DNA of 64,000 nucleotides from the human T2T-CHM13v2.0 reference genome, Homo sapiens. Position numbers and translations under genes: made by a program. Of this stretch, positions 61,781 through 64,000 are shown one piece after another. The notes below the pieces were generated by a model, which was not told the origin of the DNA, did not search any database, and saw only the letters and a list, made by a program, of their open reading frames with translations. Location of the stretch: NCBI RefSeq assembly GCF_009914755.1, contig NC_060930.1, one strand, 5' to 3'. Position 1 is the first letter of the stretch; every line of letters begins with the position of its first letter.

Positions 61781-62579
61781 CTCAACCAGGCTGCTTTTTC
61801 TCTGGAGCTGGTCTTTGACTTGGAGTTAGACCTAATTAACCCACAACCGAGTTTACCCTCTGCCTGTCCAGCAGATTAAAGCAGCAACCCCCTTTACCAG
61901 CCCTGGGTGTCCCTATTTCATTCGTCCTCATTAATTAGTGCTTTTTTTTTTTTAATAGCAAGGGCCAGCTTTCTGCCGAGTTGTTTCAGTGTTTCCTCTC
62001 CTCCCTTGCTCCTGGCCGTATATGCCTGAGCTTATTTAATGGCGCTGAGTCTATCCGGAGTACTTTGACAGCTCCCCCAACCACCATGCTTTCTGGTGAA
62101 ACAAGAATCAAAACTAAAACCAATGCCGGCATTTTTTTCACTGAACTATGCCTCCATTCTGAAACATTGATACTCGAGATGGTGGTGGTGGTTCCTAAGT
62201 TTATATTACATACCAGTTTGTTTAAAAAAACAAAATCCCCAAAACCCTAAAGTGATTTTGTCTGGTACTGTAGCACAATACTAGGCAGATTGTAAAATTG
62301 TAATAAATACGTAAGATTTTGTTAAATGCGTAGGACTTTTATAATGGATGTTTTAAATATTTTTATTTTTTTCTCAACTCACAGTTTGAAGGTGCACCTT
62401 TAATACTATACGTCTGTGAGAATCAGTCCAGCAGTATGTTCCTGTACTAATCTGGCCAAAGCTGTCACTTATCTTTCCCAATAAAGATTTAGATTTTGTA
62501 TGGTCATCCAGGCTGTTAACTGGGCACTTTGTGAGAGCGGTTCTCTAGGAACAAGTGTGATTGCTTAGATTCTTTTTAA

Positions 62580-62871
<292 letters not shown>

Positions 62872-64000
62872 TGTGGTTGCTTAGATTCTTACTGGGCTTC
62901 AAATCTTTATAATTTTATAATGTTAGGGTTGTGATAAAATGCTACCATCTGTGTTATAGGCAATTTCGTATTAGACTTTTATTTATTGTGTGGTTTTAGG
63001 AAACAAATGGTATAACTTAACCTGAATGTTTATAAGCCTAATCAATACAATTAATTAATTTTTTGTGTGTCAGAGTCTGGTGACCCCATAAAGCTATACT
63101 GGGTCCTTTGTAGGGCAACTGCTTGCCTATCTGGTGTTTTTCTTGAATTAAAGTTTTAAAAAAGTGTCCACCCCTCCCGTTGTTTGCAGCCAGCCAGGTC
63201 CAGGCATTGGGGTTTAGTGGCCAGAGCTGGGATTATTTCGGCTCCTTATGCCCTGTTCTTCTGGATCCGTTTAACTAAAGGTACATATTTACATAGATTG
63301 TTTCACATAATTTTGACCTTTCATAATAAGACATTAAGTTGATCATTAGTTTTTATTCCACTTGTATAAATTCGTAGGTTTGGATTTAGTCCAAATTTAT
63401 TACCTTGATATACATTTTTGTAGAATAAAATACCCTTCATTTGTGTAATGAATTTGTGCAACCTAAAACTCCCTGCTTCTCTCTCCACCACAAGATTTGC
63501 AAATGGTTATTAGCTAAAGTATTCCCTTGTGATTTAAATGAAGAATCAAAATGAGCGCTTGATCTCTGAGGAAACTTCCAAGTGTAGATTCAAATCTTGC
63601 ATACTTAAGAATTGCTTCAAAACCCTCTGCCCAACTCTTAATTTGTTATTTAGAAGGTCTGCTGTTAAATCATCTGTCATTTATTTTGGGTTAGACATAG
63701 GATCAGCTGATAGATGATGTTTTAGGTGAGTGGCTTTTTTAAAAATCAGCACAAATTTATTCTGTCACCTTCTGTACCAGTGTGTGCACTCACCCTTCTG
63801 TTGTCTCATCTGGACAGCTAGCCTTGTAGACTGTAAGATCCTGAGGGCAGAGACTGGGACTATATAGTCTTTGTCTTCCTAGTATCTGACAAAGGTGCTC
63901 AGTGTTCCTTGAGTTGAACTGAACAATCTCTTTGTGTTTAGGATATATTTTCAAATGACTTCCTAACTAATGGAAACCAAGTAATAAAGAGCCTACTGAC

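Overview
This is human (primate) genomic DNA: the ~57 kb interval between the divergently transcribed ROS1 and DCBLD1 genes (6q22). The first coding exon of ROS1 is on the minus strand (3439-3561; it is missed by the ORF track because it is only 41 codons) and has an AT-rich, CpG-poor promoter. The first coding exon of DCBLD1 is on the plus strand (61051-61162) inside a CpG island. Between them lie a processed RAP1B pseudogene, a U6 retrocopy, and many transposons: about 20 Alus including a consensus-like AluYa5, several old L1s, Tigger3, THE1B/THE1D, MER21, MER41B and MER31 LTR elements, MIR and L2. Almost all entries in the ORF track are spurious (Alu-, L1-, ERV- or GC-derived). I found no evidence of a new multi-gene system. 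The most interesting signals are: a TSD-flanked chimeric U6 retrogene carrying a ~95-nt non-U6, non-L1 tail; stacked uORFs in the ROS1 leader; a MER41B LTR with one intact GAS motif about 9 kb from DCBLD1; a 1.7-kb inversion inside an old L1; and a very young AluYa5. Gene and repeat-family names come from recalled sequences, not database searches, and old-repeat boundaries are approximate.
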